Positions 23,525 to 36,065 of a stretch of DNA of 64,000 bases are shown piece by piece. The notes beneath the pieces were generated by a model that saw only the letters and a list, made by a program, of their open reading frames with translations, ran no database searches and was not told the origin of the DNA. Position 1 is the first letter of the stretch, and every line of letters starts with the position of its first letter. Origin of the DNA: Lama glama (lineage: Eukaryota); the NCBI GenBank assembly GCA_028534125.1, contig CM052817.1:101806001-101870000 (forward strand), in the 5' to 3' direction. The translations under genes and the position numbers were made by a program.

Positions 23525-25190
23525 TTCTTTTTTTTCTTTTTTTAAAGTTTAACATTTTTTTATTGAGTTATAGTGATTTTGCAATGTTGTGTCAAATTCC
23601 AGTGTAGAGCACAATTTTTCAGTTATACATGAATGTACATACATTCATTGTCACTTTTTTTTTTGCTGTGAGCTACGATAAGATCCTATGTATATTTCCC
23701 TGTGCTACACAGTATAATCCTGTTTATCTATTCTGCATTTTGAAACCCCAGTCTGTCCCTTCCCACCTCCTGTCCCCCTGGCAACCACAAGTTGTATTCT
23801 ATGTCTATGAGTCTGTTTGTTTTGTATTTATGTTTTTTTTGTTTTAGATTCCACATATGTGCAATCTAATATGGTATTTTTCTTTCTGTTTCTGGCTTAC
23901 TTCATTGAGAATGACATTCTCCAGGAACATCCAGGTTGCTGCAAATGGCATTATGTTGTCAGTTTTTATGGTTGAGTAGTATTCCACTGTATAAATATAT
24001 CACCTCTTCTTCATCCAGTCATCTGTTGATGGCCTTTTAGGCTGTCTCCATGTCTTGGCTATTGTAAATAGTGCTGCTATGAACATTGGGGTTCAGGTGT
24101 CATTTTGAAGTAGGGTTCCTTCTGGATGTATGCCCAGGAGCGGGATTCCTGGGTCATATGGTAAGTCTATTCTTAGTCTTTTGAGGAATCTCCATACTGT
24201 TTTCCACAGTGGCTACACCAAATTGCATTCCCACCAGCAGTGTAGGAGGGTTCCCTTTTCTCCACAGCCTCTCCAGCATTTGCCATTTGTGGACTTTTGA
24301 ATAATGGCTCTTCTGACTGGTGTGAGGTGATACCTCACTGTAGTTTTGATTTGCNNNNNNNNNNNNNNNNNNNNNNNNNNNNNNNNNNNNNNNNNNNNNN
24401 NNNNNNNNNNNNNNNNNNNNNNNNNNNNNNNNNNNNNNNNNNNNNNNNNNNNNNTGAGCATTTTTTCATGTGCTTATTGATCATTTGTATTTCTTCCTTG
24501 CAGAATTGCTTGTTTAGGTCTTCTGCCCATTTTTGGATTGGGTTGCTTGTTTTTTTCTTATTAAGCCGTGTGAGCTGCTTATATATTCTGGAGATAAAAT
24601 TTATATGGAACCATCAAAGACCTAGAATTGCCAAAGAATTACTGAAGAAAAAGAAAATGGCTAGAGGAATAACTCTCCCAGACTTCAGACAATACTATAG
24701 AGCTACAGTCATCAAGACAGCATGGTATTGGTACAAAAACAGACATATGGACCAATGGAACAGAATAGAGAGCCCAGAAATGAATCCACAAACTTTTGGT
24801 CAACTAATGTTCGACAAAGGAGGCAAGAATATACAATGGAATAAAGACAGTCTCTTCAGCAAATGACGTTGGGAAAACTGGACAGCAGTATGTAAAACAA
24901 TGAAGCTAGAACACTCCCGTACACCATACACAAAAATCAACTCAAAATGGATCAAAGACTTAAACATAAGACAAGATACAATAAACCTCCTAGAAGAAAA
25001 TAAGGCAAAACATTATCTGACAAACATCTCAAAAATGCTCTCCTAGGGCAGTCTACCCAAGCAATAGAAATAAAAGCAAGAATAAACAAATGGGACCTAA
25101 TTAAACTTTCAAGCTTCTGCAAAGTAGAGGAAACTGTAATTAAGCAAAATGACTATCTACCGAATGGGAAAAAATTTTTCCAAATGAAAC
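23525..25190 (-). mobile_element. Young L1 with 5' inversion (23525-24595 minus; 24596-25190 plus)
   Basis: Plus part translates '[13 protein letters not shown]...[38 protein letters not shown]' (ORF2); minus part is the ORF2 C-terminus, 3' UTR and poly(T); imperfect TSD aaattgcccccttt / aaaccacccccttt. Confidence 0.92.
24355..24454. other. Assembly gap (100 N)
   Basis: Run of N. Confidence 1.
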
Positions 25191-26844
25191 CACCCCCTTT
25201 ATCTTGTATATTGATTTTTAGTTTTAATCCCAGCCTCTACTTACTTTCCTCTAGGTCAAATTGCCCTCCATTAAAGCAATTTTAATTGAGGCAGAGAACT
25301 GAGGTAACAGTTTTGTCCTCAACAGAAACATTTTTTTAATATTGAGACTTAGAATTTCACCCTTCTAAGACCCAGCGACTTCACATGCAGGGGGTACATT
25401 GCCTGGAAGTTAACTCTGCATGAATGCGTTGCTAAGAATTTTTCAAACCTCACGTTGTATTCATTTTTGTTGTTGAGTGTGTACCCGCGAATTCTGGCAT
25501 GTGAAATCGGGAGCACACCGTAAAACATACGGTGTATATAACCTGGCTGAGTGCAAGGGCTTTTGAGAAATTAATAAGCAGAGAGTTTTTACTTTTTGTT
25601 TGTCTTTGCATTCTCTGTGGATTATAACCCCAAACCCCCATACTCCCAAAGTTGGCCTGGCCATCATTGCCCTCAGTAAGATCTGCTGAGAATCTGGGCG
25701 GCATCTTCTCAGTGTTGAAAGTCTTTTATAACCTGGCTAGGAATTAGGCAGCTTTTAAATTTGTCAGGTCTCCGGGTTCCACTAAGAACTCATTTCAATC
25801 TTTTCTCACTTGAACCTGAATTTTCACCAGCCCTTGGTGGATTTCAGTTGGAATTGTTACAGAATTACGTGAGGATGGAAATTAGTTTAATGTGAAGAAA
25901 CAATGGAAGAGATACCACATTAGATAATCTATGATTCACATTGGATTTTACTGTAGGCATCAAGTCATTATGAATATAGAAACGAATTGTTAACCTGACA
26001 AAGCAGGTCACAGATGATGAAATTAGGGCATATTTTGGAAAACTCTAGTAACATTAAAAACAACACAGAGTTTTATGGCTCCGAAACAAATTGCCTGCAT
26101 CACCTGAAGCCAGGTTTAGTTGAAATAACTAACTAATTAGATAAGAAATCAAGAATGAAAAGAAATATAAAGCTCCAGTTCAGGTGAAGAAAAGCTGTAT
26201 ATAAAATTGCTATGTTACATTTGTATTAAGGTCTTGTTTTAAGGTATGTGAGAAAGGAAATTGCAAATTAAGTCTGGTGCGACATATACCAAAGCCAAAG
26301 TTTTCAGACTGTACAGTATTGTTTGGCATTAAAACGTTCTTTTTCCTAAACTCCCTCCCCTCACCCTCAAACACAAAACAAACGCTGTTTATCATCTTGG
26401 AGCTGGACTCCTGTCAAAGGTAGGTCATTAATTTGACCCTGCTTGACAGCTATTTTCCAAAAATAATGACTGATTATTCATGCATAGTTCACTTCTCTGG
26501 TAGAACACTTAAAATGGGGGAAAAAAGAAAGAAACAACTAAGATCATATAGAAAGGTTGAGTTTTCTTTCGTTTGGTGTTTAGTTCCATGAATTTTCCAT
26601 TTATAGGCTTGTGTTACCACCTCCCCCCAATCAGGTTACAGAGCAGTTTCCTCACTGCTAAAACCTCCCTGTGCTCTCCCTCCCCAGTCACACCCATCCT
26701 CCGTCCAGTGGAATATTTTTATAGTTTTTGTGCCAAGGATTGTGTGTCATGGAAACCTGTCCCTAAGCAGTTTCTTCTGGATCATCAAAGAAGTGTGCTC
26801 TCTCTCTCTCATCTTGGCAGTTTGTTGGTATGGTCAGTTCATCT

Positions 26845-27563
26845 TTCTTCTTCTTTTTTTTTTTTTAAATTGAAGTATAGTCAGTTATAATGTCAATTTC
26901 TGGTGCACAGCCCAATGTCCCAGTCATGCATATACATCCATACATTCATTTTCATATATTTTCATTTATAGGTTACTACAGGATATTGAATATAGTTCCC
27001 TGTGCTATGCAGAAGAAATTTGTTATGTATCTATTTTACATATACTAGCTAATATTTGCAAATCTTGAACTCCCAGTTTATCTCTTCCCATCCCCTCTGC
27101 TCCCCCGGTAACTGTAAGTTTGTTTTCTACATCTTTGAGTCTGTTTCTATTTTGTAGATAAGTTCATTAGTGTCTTCTTTTATCTCTCTTTTTTAGATTC
27201 CACATATAAGTGATATCAATGGTATTTTTCTTTACCTTTCTGGCTTGCTTAGAATGACAATCTCTAGGTCCATCCATGTTGCTGCAAATGGCATTATTTT
27301 ATTCTTTTTCATGGCTGAGTAGTATTCCATTGTATAAATATACCACAGCTTCTTTATTCAGTCATCCTTGATGGACATTTAGGTTATTTCATGTCTTGGC
27401 TATTGCAAATAGTGCTGATATGAACACTGGGGTGCAGGTATCTTTTTGAATTAGAGTTCCCTCCAGATATACGCTTAGGAGTGGGACTGCTGGATCATAT
27501 GGTAAGGCTAATTTTAGTTTTTTGAGGACTCTTCAAACTGTTTTCAATAATGGCTGCACCATT
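26845..27563 (-). mobile_element. L1 3' end (~720 bp)
   Basis: TSD gtcagttcatct (26833-26844) / gtcagttcacct (27564-27575); poly(T). Confidence 0.92.
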
Positions 27564-28649
27564 GTCAGTTCACCTTCTTGAGTGGGTTATACAAGTAACA
27601 AGTTTCTCCCAAACTAAACGGGATTGGATTGAGTATGATCATCTGACCCAAAGGTGAGGTGTGCAGAACATTTGCTAGAGTAGCACTTGAGATCATGGAT
27701 CTAGCTGCTGAAAGGGAGCAATAGATCCGAGAGCCTGAGACCTGGGGTAGGTGGGATTTAAACCCAGGGAATGGACATGAGAAAAGGACACCCCAAGTTG
27801 AGGAAGTGTGTTAGCCCAGTAGAGAGGTTGGAAGGTTCAAGACACTGGTGAAAGCAATGGTGGTCCACGTGGCTGGTGTGACACCTATTAGTGGTGAGGG
27901 GCAGAGAGTGGAGCACAAGACTCGAAGGTCTGCCAAAATAAGGATGTTATTTATTGATGGTGGTAGAACATTGACTCATTTCTGAGCTGGTGAGACATGA
28001 TCTGAAATGTGCTTCCAGAAGAATAATCGTGGAAGACAAACCAGGCTTTGGGGACAATAATACTTGGGGCATCCAGAGAAGGCTCCCAGTGATACCACAA
28101 GTGGTCTTTTGGATGCTCTGTAGTGAGGATGAGCCAGATGTTAGTATCCGAACCAAAGTCTCTGCTCGTGCTTTGTGCTTGGGGGTATGGAAGCATGGAG
28201 AGTAGCTTGCATATTGTTCTTAAACCATCTTTTGATCATTGTGTTAAGTTTAGAATAAAAAAAATCCCCTTTAGATAGTGTTAGAGAAACATACCAGATG
28301 GTATTTACAGGATAATTAGATTCAAGAGTCCAGGGCCTAGAGGAGAAAAACTGTTATCTTCGCAAGTCTTACTCTTGTCTGAGTGGGCTGCACATTGTAC
28401 ATATAAGAAAAAATAACAGACTCATTACTCAGATCTGCAGGAACCCATTTGTTTGTTTGTTCATTCATTCCTTCCCTCCTTCAAAAAGCATGCTTCAAGC
28501 ACATGTCTTATGTGCAAGATGTGGGCTCTTGAAACCCAGTTTGCAGGTCAGTGTAGCCTTCAGAAAACCATGGCCACCTCCTGGCCAACTCAGCTTAAGC
28601 CAGCCTGGCTAGGCTGGCCAGCTCTGATCTTTTTGATAACCAGAGAACT

Positions 28650-29318
28650 CAGAGGACTAAAAACAGACTTACCAAATGATCCAGCAATCCCACTCCTGGG
28701 CATATATCCAGAGGGAAACAATTCAAAAAATACATGCACCCCAGTGTTCACAGCAGCACTATTTACAATAGCCAAGACATGGAAACAACCCAAATGTCCA
28801 TCAACAGAGGACTGGATAAAGAAGATGTGGTATATTTATACAATTGAATACTATTCAGCCATAAAAAAATAAAATAATGCCATTTGCAACATGGATGGTT
28901 CTAGTGATTGTCATACTAAGTGAAGTAAGCCAGAAAGAGAAAGAAAAATACCATATGATATCACTTACATGTGGAATCTAAAAAAAAACCAAAAAACAGG
29001 ACAAATGAACTTATTTGCAAAACAGAAATAGACTCAGACATAGAAAACAAACTTACAGTTACTAGGAGGAGAAGAGGGTGAGAAGGGATAAATTGGGAGT
29101 TCAAGATTTGCAGATAGTAAGTTCATTCTATATAGCACAGGGAACTATACTCAGTATCTTGTAGTAACTTATGGTGGAAAATTATGAAAATGAATATATG
29201 TATCTTCATGTAAGACTGAAGCCTTATGCTGTACACCAGAAATCAACACAATATTGTAAACTGACTATACGTCAATAAAAATTTATATACCAAAAAATTT
29301 TTTTTAATTAAAAAAAAA
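28650..29318 (+). mobile_element. L1 3' end with ORF2 C-terminus
   Basis: 'LPNDPAIPLLGIYP...CTPVFTAALFTIAKTWKQPKCPS'; TSD cagagaact (28641-28649, 29320-29328). Confidence 0.93.
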
Positions 29319-29364
29319 TCAGAGAACTTTCCACTATTATCAGTGTCCTTTGGGGCATTGATTC

Positions 29365-29471
29365 TTTTTGTTTGTTTGTTTATTGAAATGTAGTCAGTTA
29401 CAATGTGTCAATTTCTGGTGTACAGCACAATGTTTCAGTCATGTATATACATACATCTACTTTGTTACCTT
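29365..29471 (-). mobile_element. Short L1 3' terminal fragment
   Basis: 'attgaaatgtagtcagttacaatgtgtcaatttctggtgtacagc'. Confidence 0.8.
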
Positions 29472-29486
29472 TATTATACGCTTTCT

Positions 29487-29619
29487 GGGGGAGGGTGTAG
29501 CTCAAAGTGCTAGAGTGCATGCTTTGCATGCACGAGGTCTTGGGTTCAATCCCTAGTACCTCCTCTAAAAAAAAAAAAGTGAACCTAATTACCTCCTTTC
29601 CCCCCAAAAAACCCTTAAA
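29487..29619 (+). mobile_element. tRNA-Ala-derived SINE (Vic-1 type)
   Basis: A/B boxes; 15-bp TSD tattatacgctttct (29472-29486) / tattatatgctttct (29620-29634). Confidence 0.93.
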
Positions 29620-31409
29620 TATTATATGCTTTCTTCCTCCATTTCCTGTTAACCTCCAGGTTCCTGAACCAGATTCTTGAACTCTTCCCTCAGCTGGCCT
29701 TCTGCCCTTCTGCATGATCTGCCTGGTCCTTTCTTGCCGACCCAGCTCATCACTTAAGCTGGTCCTTCCTCTCACCTACGTCTGAGCTCCTATGGGCTTA
29801 CCTGGTGCTGACACATGCCCTACTTCTGATGTTACCTAACTGGGGCGTGTTACTCCCGGGGACCTGTGGTCTCATTTATTTCAGACACTGACTTGACTTT
29901 GACCAGCGGCTTCAGGTTGCATCTTCCACCACTGTTTGCACTTTTCACTTTGTAACATCAAGTTTTCAGGCCTCTATGCCCCACTCACTCCAACAGAGGA
30001 ATGTGACACCTGTTTTACTCCAATGGCACCATGAGCTGGTTTTTGGCACATTTGGTTCAAGGAATAGTCTTTTTATTCTAGTTTAGTCCCAGGTTCATAA
30101 TTAGAAAACTAGATTTAGTTCTGCTTTAGACAGTTTCAAGAAAGCTAAAAAAAAGAAAAAGAGAAAGACTTGACTCAAAATTGTGTTAAAAATGCATTCA
30201 GTTCTGGGGTCAGGAAATTAGAATGGGTTCTTCTCATTTTAGACTCCCGATATTATTTGAGTTTTTGCTTGGCTTGAAGAGAAAATAGACGTAATGGATG
30301 TGCTAGCTGTTGTGACTAAGTCATGTGTCGCCTGAGGGGCTGGACAAGTGCAGAAATTAAACTGAATTTCTAGTGATTGACTGTGACTCTGGGGGATAGA
30401 AATGTTTTACAAGCTGACAGTCTCATGCCCGAGCCCGGGGAGGGCTGGGAAGATACTAACACGTGTGGTCTGACACCACAAACAACTGTTCTTTTGGGGA
30501 CAAAGAAGACAGTTAACCTCTGTTGTCCCACACAGGGACCTCAAGAAATCTGCGGAGCATATGTTTTCCTCATTTCTCTGAGGACTACCAAGGAGAGTGG
30601 AGCCTTAATTAGGAAACCACTGTGGCTCTGATGCTCCGGTCGAACTGATTTCTTGAAAAGGCTATCATTCTTCCTTATGTCCTTCTCAAAACTGTTTCGT
30701 GAGAGTATTGGAAGCTCTCTCAACTCCAGGCACACCCCCTCACACTTTGGCATGATGAAGGATTAAGAGGCTGTTTTCCCCTTTATGAGAAAAGTGACTA
30801 TTGGAGGGTTTCCCGATGGTAGCAGGGGTATCTTGTCACTTTGGGGATTCTTTCCTCAAGACAAGCAGTTCCAGGAATATTCTGCAAACATGGCAGGGGT
30901 TGCGGGGAGGTTGGGAGGAAAACAGGGCTGTGTACAGTTGGAGCTCTCCATGTTCCCGGGACACTGAGGACATCTTCACTCACTGATCACACTCGACCCA
31001 CTCAAGTTTCATCACTTGTTCTGCTCACATCTGTCCAGCAGGCACAGTGAGATTACAGGGCCGGCCTGGCTCTCCCGGGAGGACTGTGGGTGGGGGCTAG
31101 GAAAGATGCGCGTCTTACACAGCAGTGGCTGCTGGGAATGTCTCTGCCTGCTGTGCAGTTATGGCTTTGCACACAGAGGACCTGATAAAAGGCAGGTGTG
31201 CGGGGAGCAGGCTCTGTGCTCGGAGACCCCGGGGGGAGGGAGGGAGATGACTTGGCGTACAAGGCTGCACTTGACAGACATCACACCTGTGCTCCTCCCC
31301 TCCCAGCTCAGGCAGCATCGCCCAGCCAAGCTCTCACTCCCTTCTAGGCTCTGGGGGAAGTGTTCTGCGTTCCCTTTTTCATTCCATTCCTTCTGGTGGG
31401 CTCCACTAA

Positions 31410-31513
31410 TCTTCCCACTTTGTAGATGGGGAAACCAAGACTCAGAGGTGTTGAATAACTTGCCCAGGGTCACAGAGATAATGCACCTAGAGCCTGAGTT
31501 CAAGTCTAGTTCT
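31410..31513 (-). mobile_element. MIR
   Basis: 'cccactttgtagatggggaaaccaagactcagaggtg...aacttgcccagggtcacag'. Confidence 0.8.
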
Positions 31514-31801
31514 AGTGAGGGAACCTTAGCTGATAGCCAGAAATTAAGACATTAAATTGCCCGGTACCCAAAATTGTAATGACAGGTGTGAGGTACTTAG
31601 ATGACAGAAGTGCCCTGGAGTCAACAAGTCAGCCTGCTCTTGGTAGCCGTTCACTTCTCAAGGCCAGGTGCTTGAGGTTGATGTCAATTTATTCCTTCAA
31701 ATCTAGTGTTTCCTTTCTGATGTCTGTAATTTTTAAAGTATTTTTATTTTGGATGTTCACTTTAGTTATGGGACTACAAACACCAATTAAAAAATGTCTG
31801 T

Positions 31802-31958
31802 GTGAGAGGGTCTAGCTAACTCAGTGGTAGAGTGCATGCTTAGCATGTACAAGGTCCTGGGTTCAAACCCCGGTACCGCCATTAAAAACTAAAATAAGTG
31901 GACCTAATTACCTACCCCTCCTTCAACAAAATTCAAATCAAAGAAAAAAGTAAAAATG
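31802..31958 (+). mobile_element. tRNA-Ala-derived SINE (Vic-1 type)
   Basis: 'ctcagtggtagagtgcatgcttagcatg...ggttcaaacccc'; TSD taaaaaatgtct / taaaaaagtgtct. Confidence 0.9.
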
Positions 31959-32059
31959 TAAAAAAGTGTCTAAATGCTTTAAATACTTGGGAAGAGCAAC
32001 CACAAAGATCCCGCCTTTCCTCTGTCCTTCAGCTCCTAACAGTGTTCACTCAATTCTTG

Positions 32060-32440
32060 CTTCCGTTTCGGCAGCTGCTGGCTTGGCCGGCAGACTTCTG
32101 AGTGCCGTGACATTGAAGGAGGAGAAGATGACGAGAACAGAGTAAACTAACTCGAGAAGCTGTGGATCCTGGTGGCTTCCCAACCGCAGCCGCGGGACGT
32201 CCTGGTGCATCGTGACGATGCTCGGAAGGAGCGGTGATGACTGGGTCTCCCCGCCTTCAGCGGCCCTGCTGTCCGGGATTGTCCCCTCGCCGCTGCTGCT
32301 GCCAGGGCCCGGTCTGATGCCTACAGTCAATAGCTGAGCCGCTCACACGACTTTGCAGAGCACGATGAAGGCAGCTGGGTCCTCGCCACGAAGACTAGCT
32401 AAGCAGACAATGGCACATCCCCGTGGCTCCGCGCATCTCC
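32060..32440. promoter_or_regulatory. Small CpG-island-like segment in unique sequence
   Basis: About 28 CpGs counted by eye in ~380 bp, GC-rich against a CpG-poor background; function not established. Confidence 0.4.
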
Positions 32441-32571
32441 CAAGATTTGAAACATCTCCAGCTACAGAAAGTGACACAGGATGGGGAAACACAGGTCTAC
32501 TGATGTGGGTTTTGAAATCGAACCAATTGTTTAGAGCTGAGGGGCTGAAGTTCTGCAGACTCAAAGGGTGA

Positions 32572-32700
32572 ATTACATTTATTTATTCAACAAACATTCA
32601 CTGACCATTCAATAGATGACAGGCACTAGGCCAGGTGCCAGAGGCTGACCAGGTCCCAGAGTCATAGAGCTTTCATGGTACTATGGGAGGAGATTAGTAA
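32572..32700 (-). mobile_element. L2 3' end
   Basis: 'atttattcaacaaacattcactga...gacaggcactaggccaggtg'. Confidence 0.7.
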
Positions 32701-33400
32701 AGGGAGGTAGCGGAGTGATGATGCAATTTCTATCTGTCATAAGCGTGAATAGGAATGCACGGTTATTTTTCAGTGAGACGTTAATTTTATTCATTTTAAA
32801 TCTTGAGCTGCTTCAACATAGGAGAGACTGTTTTCTCTTACCTCCAAAAGTCCAGTCCAGTGTGTTCTCATGCACTTACAGGTGTATTATACCCACCACA
32901 ATATATTGGTATGCTTTAAATCCTCCAAGAGGAACAGCTTTCAATGTGCTGAGATGTTTGGAGTTGGAGGGGTGCTTAGAAAAACCATGAAAAGACATGT
33001 GCATCTTGAGAGAGGTGCACATGTGCCAGTTCAGTTGTGTCCCTCCCCACTGGGGTGACGAACTTGAGGAACTATGGGGAGATGCTTGCCCGGAGCCTAC
33101 ACTCTGCTTCTGGACCACGTCCTGAGGACCCGTAATCTCAGAATTCCCTAGACCAGTGGCCCTGAGCCCACTGCCAGTGCCTGCAAGGGCTTCTTCCATA
33201 GGTCTGTCTCTTAGAACAATGACTGTGCTGTCCCCGGGTGCTGGTGTGCGCACCCATGCATACAAGACCCCCTCCAAGTATAGGATGCGGACGGGGGAAG
33301 AGGTGGTGGCTGGACCCCTTCAGATGTTAAATATGAACCTACGTGTAGCCTGGTGATTTTCTCATTTGGCTAATGGACAAGAGAAGGCAAGGTGATTTTC

Positions 33401-33402
<2 letters not shown>

Positions 33403-33431
<29 letters not shown>
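33403..33431. repeat. (TG)n microsatellite
   Basis: Directly visible. Confidence 0.95.
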
Positions 33432-33434
<3 letters not shown>

Positions 33435-34481
33435 CTTTTCAACTTTTTCCATTCCTACCCAGAGTTACCCTTGGACAATTTAGATGGAAGCAAGATACCT
33501 TTTGTTAAATAAGTGGTTCTATTTATCCTCTATAGTTGAAGACTTTAGAGGAAAAAGAAACTACAGCCCTTATTTTGTGCATCATTGTATTCTTTGAAAC
33601 AATGGATCATATCTTAATCCTACACAGATTCTTAAAATGAGGACTCCATCTGGAAGGCCTAATCTTCCATGGAAATGTCTGGGTCACACATGTCCATCCA
33701 GTCTTCTGCCAAGTGCTTAACAGAGCGTGCAGTGGCTGGTGAGCTCAGCCGGCGTCCTCTGGAGAGACCTAAAAGGCCGAGTAGGTGCTCAAGGGAGACT
33801 GGCATGCACAACATTTGGGTCCAGGCCTGATCATTCAAGCCATTTGCTTTAAATAATTGCAATTAGACACTCTTCTCTTCTTGCCTTCTTTCTATTTTTA
33901 ATGCCATTAAATTGGAAATAATTGAGGATATTTTATCTTTCAGGTATACAGTTTTCCTTTGGGTTTATTCCTGGCATAAAAGTTAAAATTAGACAAGAGT
34001 TGCAGAAATCTTGAAATCAGTCATCTAGTGACTCTGTCCTCGGATCGCTCTGAGAAATACAGGAAATGCACTCCAGAAAATCTTCCTTTGTAAGTCATGT
34101 TGTCCTAATGTCACCGCTGAGGGCAGTGTCTCTGGCTTGGAGACCTGATGTGGAATCGTGGCCTGTCAAAGCTGATGGGGGTCTGAGGGGTCATGTGGCG
34201 TCACTGAGGACTAGAGAGGGCAAATGCTTGTCCGAGGTCATGGGGCAAGTGTGTGGCAGGAGGGGACCCTGGATTCCAGGAAGTGCTTTCCCTCTTCGGG
34301 TCATGTGACTGCAATCAATGATCAGGTGGTTCAGCCCTGGCCTCTGAAACCCAAATGAAAGCTCAAAACACAATACCTTACCCTGAACCTTGTGAGAGTG
34401 TGTAAGGAATCATTCTGAATAAATTAGGAGCTCCATTTAGGGCTGATGTGACTCTTGGCTCATTCTAGCCTCTGGGATATG

Positions 34482-35119
34482 AAGTCAGCTCTTGTTATTT
34501 GCAGTAACCATGTCCTGTAAAGTCACGGTGACACTGAATTGGTGAATACCAAACCACTGCTCCTAAGGGAAATAAGGACTGGGTTCCTGTGAGCCTCTGG
34601 TCACATTCTCATCAACTTATGAACACACAACTTGTTTTATGTATGTTTCTGCTTAAAGACACCTTATTTAATATACATTATTGATTAGCCGACATTGAAC
34701 TCATAGCCAACAGCGGTCTATAGCTCATGCCTGAGTGAAACTTACCTAACACCCACATTTTCTCTGTAAGGCACATCGGGCTTGCGCTCAGAAACACTTG
34801 ACAACATTTCAGCACTCTGCTTGAAGGCTCTTTTAAACAGCTGAATAACCAGCCAGAAGCACAAACGTGTAAAGACCATGACACCAACTACCTTGAAAAG
34901 GACATTTGCTTGTAGTCTGAGAGCTGAAACAAGAAGGCAGAATGTCGGCTGGTTCAGCCTCACCTGGGATCCTGTACGTTGGGGATTCAAATTTTCAACA
35001 CCCCATGCGTGTTCATAAATGACCACAACAGATGCTGTGAGTATTGATTTGAGGGTTACAAATAAATTTCAGTAGGTGAGTTTGCAAATACAGAGTTTGT
35101 GAATAATGAGGACTGATTG
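34482..35119 (-). mobile_element. MER82-like TcMar-Tigger DNA transposon (near full length)
   Basis: 'gagagctgaaacaagaaggcag', 'gagtattgattttgagggttacaaataaattt', terminal 'gaataatgaggactgattg' followed by TA. Confidence 0.8.
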
Positions 35120-36065
35120 TATACCAAAGCTTACATATATCACCACATATCATAATCTCATTCATTATTTTTTAGCTTTTAAATCTGGTTCCACAGGGAG
35201 CCCTTTCAGCTCCACATGGGTGGTGTAGTTATGGTGGTAGCCTCTACCCAGGCACCCACAGAAGCCATTCCTTGAAGTGCACCTATTTCCTAACAGCTGT
35301 GTTACTGAAAGTCTCCTGCTTTTTTAACCACAGAGCTTTACCAAGAGTGGGGACCCATCCCAGGCATGTGCCCTTTTCTCCCTCCAATTAAGCTCCCTTC
35401 TTAAGAGGTGAATATCTATGTATGCCTGCCCCAAGGATGCTGTCTCACATCTTTTCCCCTTAGCCTCACTTAGAAGTACTCAGAGTACCATGGCTAACCA
35501 CAGCCAAGTCGGTAACCTGCAAAACTTCATCTCTTGTGAGACATTTCTTCTGAGCTCCAGATCTGTTTCTCCAGTTTCCTCTTTGGCGTCTCCACCAGCA
35601 TGACCCACGGGGATGTCAGCATGTCCAGAAGAGTACTCATTGCTTCCTGCCCCATCCCAATGCCTAGTCCCTCTTCTCTGCCCAACTAGTCACCAGAGCT
35701 TGAAATCTACACATTATCCTTAATTTCTTCCTCTCCTTTACCGCTCTCATCAGATATCCTATGAAGTCCCACAAAATCGCCCTTTGTACTGTCTCCCTCA
35801 TCCGATCACGCCTCTTCAATGTTATTGTCACAGCCCTATTCCAGTCCGCATGGTGTTTGGCTGTCAGTTTTGCATGTCTCCAACCAGGTCTTTACACTGT
35901 TCCTAGAGGGATCTCTTGAAAACGCAGATATGACCGTATCACTCTCCTTTGAATCTTTCAGTAACTCTCTATTGACTACTGGATACAATTTAACTTTGAT
36001 AAGATCTTTCACAATTGAACTTGTTTCCTCTACTGTTTCGTCTCTCATCACCCCTTGTGTACCAA

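Noticed and set aside
24355..24454. Possible 100 bp of unknown sequence
   Set aside because: Placeholder gap; the flanks are near-contiguous L1 ORF2, so the true gap is probably only a few tens of bp
31016..31555. 179-aa ORF
   Set aside because: Non-ATG start, runs through a MIR; no recognisable domain
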